Shown: positions 61,116 to 64,000 of the stretch, piece after piece | Layout of the letters: each line of letters opens with the position of its first letter | How positions within the stretch are numbered: the stretch's first letter is position 1 | NCBI GenBank assembly: GCA_036742625.1 | Contig: DAINQO010000003.1 | Coordinates: forward strand, 2,478-66,477 | Origin: Microvirga sp. | GTDB lineage: Bacteria; Pseudomonadota; Alphaproteobacteria; Rhizobiales; Beijerinckiaceae | Length of the DNA: 64,000 nucleotides | Reading direction: 5' to 3' | Translations under genes and position numbers: made by a program | Notes under the pieces: generated by a model | Databases searched by the model: none | Told to the model about the DNA's origin: nothing | The model's input: only the letters and a program-made list of their open reading frames with translations

Positions 61116-62489
61116 CGCCGCTCGCCTTCATTCACGGTCTTGGCTTCGACGATTTGCCGCGGCCGGTCGTCGCGCAGGCGAAGCGCTGCGTGCTCGACCT
61201 CGTCGGCGTCGCGGCGAGCGGCGTCGAGACCGACCTCTCGCGCATCGTCCGGGACCATGCCGTCCGCCACATGGGCACGAGCGCGGCCGGCGCGCGCATC
61301 CTCCTCGACGGCCGGCGCGCGAGCCCCGCCGGCGCCGCCTTCGCCGGCGCCTCGACGATCGACGCCTTCGACGCCCATGACGGCCACCCGCTCACCAAGG
61401 GTCACGCCGGCGTCGCCGTGCTGCCGGCGCTGCTTGCTGTGGCGGATGCGGAAGGCGGCGGCGACGGACGCGATCTCCTCGCGGCGCTTGTCCTCGGCTA
61501 CGAGGTCGCGATCCGGGCCGGCATCGCGCTCCACGCCAGCGTGCCGGACTACCACACCTCGGGCGCCTGGAATGCGCTCGGCTGCGCCGCGGTCGCGGCC
61601 CGGCTGCTCGGCCTCTCGGCGGACGCCACCCGCCATGCCCTCGGCATCGCCGAATATCACGGGCCGCGCAGCCAGATGATGCGCTGCATCGACCACCCGA
61701 CCATGGTCAAGGACGGCTCCGGCTGGGGCGCCTTCGCGGGCGTGACGGCCGCTTATCTCGCCGCCGACGGGTTCACCGGCGCGCCGGCAATCACGATCGA
61801 GGCTGGCGGGGCGGCGGAGCTGTGGTCGGATCTCGGCCGGCGCTGGCGCATTCTCGAGCTCTATTTCAAGCCGCAGCCGGTCTGCCGCTGGGCGCAGCCG
61901 GCGATCGAGGCCGCGCTGGCGCTGACCGCGCCGGCGCTGACCGGAGGCGCGCGCCTCGATCCCGAGCGCATCAGGTCGGTCGCGGTCGAGACGTTCGACG
62001 CCGCGGCGCGCCTCGGCACCAGGCCGCCGGCAACGACCGAGGAGGCGCAATACGGGCTCGGCTTCCCGCTCGCCGCCGCGCTCGTGCGGGGACATCTCGG
62101 TCCCGGGGACATCGCCGGCGAGGGCCTGCGCGATAAGAGGGTCCTGCGCCTGCTCGAGCGCATCACGGTCGCGGAGCGGCCGGAGTTCACGCGCCGTTTT
62201 CCCGCCGAGCGCATCGCGTCGGTGCGCATCGCCCTCGACGACGGCCGGGGTGCTCGAATCGGCTCCGACCGCGGCGCGCGGCGATGCCGACGCGCCGCTT
62301 GGCGATGACGAGCTCAGGGCGAAATTCGAGCTGCTCGCCGCCGCGGTGCCGCGGAGCAGGCGGGCGGCGATCGCCGCCGCGGTCGAGGCGCTCGACCGAG
62401 GCGCCCGGCTCGAGAGCGACCTCCTGCCGCTCCTCCTTGCCGCGCCGCGGTGGGCGGACGAGCGGCGCCAGGCGGCCGGCGCCGCCTGA
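61112..62489 (+). pseudogene. MmgE/PrpD-family protein interrupted by a 1-nt frameshift near 62247-62250
   Basis: GTG 61112 (GTGA overlap with the upstream stop) gives about 378 codons of PrpD-like sequence ending …VRIALDDGR. That frame then turns Arg-rich and stops at 62308. The expected C-terminus (VLESAPTAARGDADAPLGDDELRAKFELLAAAV…) continues in the frame of track ORF 62250..62489. Deleting one G of the run at 62247-62250 restores a single ORF of about 457 aa. Confidence 0.6.
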
Positions 62490-62514
62490 AGATTTCCCGC
62501 CCGAGGAGCCCGCG

Positions 62515-63177
62515 ATGCCGACCGAAGTGTTCCGCCCGCCCGAGCCGCCGCCCCTCCCCGACGCCGTCCTGTCGGGCTGGGCCTCGATCCCGACGACGAT
62601 CGCCTCCGACGTTTCCCGGGGCCGGCTCCTGCTCGACCCGCGCATCCGCCCCTTGCGGCCGCTGCACGGCGGCCCGCGCCTCGTCGGCCCGGCGGTCACC
62701 GCCTGGTGCGAGCCCGGCGACATCGGCGCCGCACTTCATGCGGTCGCTCTCGCGCGCGCCGGCGACGTGATCGTCATCGACGCCGGCGGCTGCCTGCAGA
62801 GCGCCGTCGTCGGCGAGCATCTCTGCGGCGCGGCGCGGCGCAACGGCGCCGCCGGGATGATCGTCAACGGCGCCGTGCGCGACATCGGCCCGATCGCCGC
62901 CTGGCCCGACTTCCCGGTCTTCACGCTCGGCAACACCGCCCGCGGCCCGGTCTCGATCGAGCGCGGCACGGTCGGCGCCGCGATCGTCTGCGGCGGCATC
63001 CGGGTCGAGCCGCACGACCTCATCCTCGCCGACGACGACGGCGTCGTCGCGATCCCGCGCGCCGAGGCCGCCGCCTGGCTCGAGGCGGCGCAAGCGAAGG
63101 TGGGGGTCGAGGAGGAATGGGACCGCCGGCTGTCGGCCGGCGAGACGACGCTGCAGGTGTTCGGCCCGCCGGCGTGA
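62515..63177 (+). CDS. RraA-family protein (RraA / 4-hydroxy-4-methyl-2-oxoglutarate aldolase-like)
   Basis: Track ORF 62284..63177 trimmed to ATG 62515 after GAGGAG (MPTEVFRPPEPPPLPD…). …GDVIVIDAGG…VVGEHLCGAARRNGAAGMIVNGAVRD…. Confidence 0.8.
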   Translation: MPTEVFRPPEPPPLPDAVLSGWASIPTTIASDVSRGRLLLDPRIRPLRPLHGGPRLVGPAVTAWCEPGDIGAALHAVALARAGDVIVIDAGGCLQSAVVGEHLCGAARRNGAAGMIVNGAVRDIGPIAAWPDFPVFTLGNTARGPVSIERGTVGAAIVCGGIRVEPHDLILADDDGVVAIPRAEAAAWLEAAQAKVGVEEEWDRRLSAGETTLQVFGPPA

Positions 63178-63181
63178 GCCG

Positions 63182-64000
<819 letters not shown>

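Overview
Very GC-rich chromosomal segment with strong G/C third-position bias. It looks alphaproteobacterial (Rhizobiales/Hyphomicrobiales-like). That assignment is an inference from gene content, a GAAC-N7-GAAC SOS box and several families of palindromic intergenic repeats. I call about 60 protein-coding genes. I see no rRNA, tRNA, CRISPR array, transposase or integrase.

Gene order, left to right:
- TRAP dicarboxylate-type transporter (dctQMP, minus strand).
- VOC protein, then a BacNaV-type voltage-gated channel.
- A LexA-box-fronted operon: radical-SAM protein plus a DUF4130/UdgX-type uracil-DNA-glycosylase fusion.
- A lower-GC HigB/HigA-like toxin-antitoxin islet.
- Class A PBP, SGNH hydrolase, DUF45/M48 peptidase, intracellular PHA depolymerase, a membrane-anchored TAXI-like binding protein, an AhpD-like protein.
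- The 1610-aa NAD-glutamate dehydrogenase, then an M20 amidase.
- purS and purQ, interleaved with three unknown secreted Cx4C proteins.
- A Dpp/Opp-type ABC transporter riddled with palindromic repeats.
- Two oxidoreductases, then an ArsR-VOC-VOC-Aha1-SRPBCC operon, GST, and a BRCT/HTH/TPR protein divergent from an orphan ku.
- GNAT, HIBADH-like, CMD-like and FMN alpha-hydroxy-acid dehydrogenase genes.
- A large glycine-betaine catabolic region: M81 peptidase, soxBDAG, a GlxA/AraC regulator, amino-acid ABC components, dimethylglycine dehydrogenase, betaine-homocysteine methyltransferase, and an Opu-type betaine ABC transporter.
- A CN-hydrolase / frameshifted PrpD-family / RraA-like cluster, and a truncated sugar-type ABC ATPase at the right edge.

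The most interesting candidate is the SOS-box-controlled radical-SAM + DUF4130-UdgX module (3754-6454), whose biochemical role is not established. All functional calls rest on my reading of the translated ORFs (motifs and family resemblance). No database search was run.
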